This document shows positions 62,753-64,000 of a stretch of DNA of 64,000 nucleotides, piece after piece. This DNA is from a virus. Lineage: Duplodnaviria > Caudoviricetes. The stretch is taken from IMG/VR virus record IMGVR_UViG_3300042542_005523, one strand, 5' to 3'. The notes below the pieces were generated by a model, which made no database searches, had not been told where the DNA came from, and saw nothing but the letters and a program-made list of their open reading frames with translations. The position numbers and the translations under genes were made by a program. How positions within the stretch are numbered: position 1 is the stretch's first letter; every line of letters begins with the position of its first letter.

Positions 62753-63433
62753 ATGCCAAGTGAAAGAACCCTACTGGGGATAATAGTAGACATAGATGAT
62801 CCTCTAAAAGAGGCTAGGGCAAAAATCCGTGCTTTTGGATTTTTCGATGATGTTGCAGTAGAGGATCTCCCTTGGGCAGAACAAATCGCTGGATTATCTT
62901 TTGGCGGAGGTGGCGGAGGGGGTAACCTGACTATACCTAGATTGGGAGCTGTTGTAGCGGTTCACTTCGAGGAGAATAATTACTATAAGATTACCTATCA
63001 CTATATTAAGGAGATATCTAGTGATCTTTTGGATAAGATGCAGGAGGATAACTGTTACACGGGTGCAAACTATTTAATATATGATTCCGAGGCAAAACCC
63101 GGTCCTTTGCATATGTACTATACGTATAAGGATGGTGTTGTTTTTGAATTAGATAATGCAAAAATACAACTGGACACACAGAATGGTGGTCAGCTTAGAG
63201 TGGTTGTAAAAATGGGTGACGATGAGATTAGAATGGAGAATAGCAAAGTTATCATAGAATCTGGAAATATAGAACTAGGTAGCGGTACTAGTACATTGGA
63301 AAAGGTTATACTTGGTGATACATTTTTAAGCTTCTTTAATCAGCACACACATGCTACACCAGCAGGACCATCCTCCCCTCCTGCTTCACCGATGACAACA
63401 GCTCAATTGAGTTTCATCACTAAAACTAGGTAA
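62753..63433 (+). CDS. Baseplate central spike (gp5 OB-fold/P2 gpV-like), short
   Basis: GIIVDIDDPL..RAKIRAFG..DLPWA, IPRLGAVVAVHF; C-terminal HTH metal motif (HTHATPAGPS). Confidence 0.75.
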   Translation: MPSERTLLGIIVDIDDPLKEARAKIRAFGFFDDVAVEDLPWAEQIAGLSFGGGGGGGNLTIPRLGAVVAVHFEENNYYKITYHYIKEISSDLLDKMQEDNCYTGANYLIYDSEAKPGPLHMYYTYKDGVVFELDNAKIQLDTQNGGQLRVVVKMGDDEIRMENSKVIIESGNIELGSGTSTLEKVILGDTFLSFFNQHTHATPAGPSSPPASPMTTAQLSFITKTR

Positions 63434-63435
63434 GG

Positions 63436-64000
63436 ATGGCTAATTGGCAGCAATTTATAACGGATTTTTCTAACTTTTTATCTTCTAACCAATCTAGCGG
63501 TCCCTTTCAGACCGGCAAAAAACTATCTGAATATTATGTTAATACCATAAAAGGTGCTAAGGCTATTCCCGCAGGAAATGCTTTAAATGGTAATTTAGCA
63601 CAGAGCTTCAAGCCTATATTAGATCTTGGATTTGGACTTGGCTTTTTTCTTCTACAGAACTCACAGAAAACTTTCAAACAGTTACAGGGAGACGAGAAAT
63701 ATTTCGATGGGTCCAGCCCCATACCTTCCGAGGAGGAGCAAAAGGCGTTTAAAGAACAGCCTCAGGTTCAGGATCAATCCATAGATGATATATTTAATCT
63801 AGTATCCCAGGACGATCTTGAGGATATTAGAAAAAATGGTACTTGGAATTTTTTCCTACATGAGACGGACGGCAAAGAATCAACCAAGATATTTAACTAC
63901 AAAGCTAAAGTAGATTTTAATAACGTAGGTAATACGAAGGTTTCTATATTTGGTAACACATTACAAAAAGCTAAGAGCGGTATAGCTAGGTACGGATTTC
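63436..64000 (+). CDS. Partial CDS running off the window (not in track)
   Basis: ATG at 63436, MANWQQFITDFSNFL... open to window end. Confidence 0.7.
   Translation, partial: MANWQQFITDFSNFLSSNQSSGPFQTGKKLSEYYVNTIKGAKAIPAGNALNGNLAQSFKPILDLGFGLGFFLLQNSQKTFKQLQGDEKYFDGSSPIPSEEEQKAFKEQPQVQDQSIDDIFNLVSQDDLEDIRKNGTWNFFLHETDGKESTKIFNYKAKVDFNNVGNTKVSIFGNTLQKAKSGIARYGF

Noticed and set aside
1657-63722. Numerous 60-160 aa minus-strand and alternate-frame ORFs in the track
   Set aside because: They lie wholly within long, motif-bearing genes, show antisense-shadow composition (Ser/Leu/Phe-rich) and lack promoters or leaders
1-64000. Stop-codon reassignment as in some large Bacteroidota phages
   Set aside because: Long conserved genes translate fully in the standard code, and TAG/TGA serve as real stops (e.g. 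8898, 29475, 30905)
1-64000. tRNA/rRNA genes, introns, inteins, integrases or IS elements
   Set aside because: Intergenic gaps are short and explained by promoters and terminators; no T-loop GTTCGA cloverleaf, homing endonuclease or intein motif recognised by eye

Overview
64-kb segment of a large T4-like (contractile-tailed, probably jumbo) dsDNA phage genome, standard genetic code, densely coding and almost entirely on the + strand. Morphogenesis core: gp14-like neck, terminase gp17, sheath gp18, two gp19 tubes, two tandem gp20 portals, gp21 protease/scaffold, gp23 capsid, gp4, gp2, baseplate/spike genes. Interleaved with it are replication and nucleotide genes (ligase, clamp loader, RNase H, dCMP deaminase, kinases, Nudix, AsnB-like), two sigma factors (ECF-like and gp55-like) and a low-GC glycosylation cluster at the left end. 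TAnnTTTG promoters and A-rich leaders without Shine-Dalgarno sequences suggest a Bacteroidota host (inference). Main observations beyond the ORF track: (1) a likely -1 frameshift at an A10G slippery site adding 53 aa to an 864-aa head protein; (2) three promoter classes (TAnnTTTG; G(A/G)AAC-N16/17-TATAAT; GATA(T/A)ATA) matching host sigma, phage ECF sigma and gp55; (3) late promoters repeatedly embedded in hairpins that would occlude the downstream translation start (T4 gene e/soc-type switch); (4) many late proteins with T4-like capsid-targeting/cleavage motifs, including a nucleotidyltransferase; (5) duplicated portal and three other tandem paralog pairs; (6) a GT4/heptosyltransferase fusion, an apparently catalytically dead UvsE, and a kinase plus AsnB pair. 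The 52251..52985 gene is on the minus strand although the supplied track labels it +. All family assignments are from motif recognition by eye; no database search was run.
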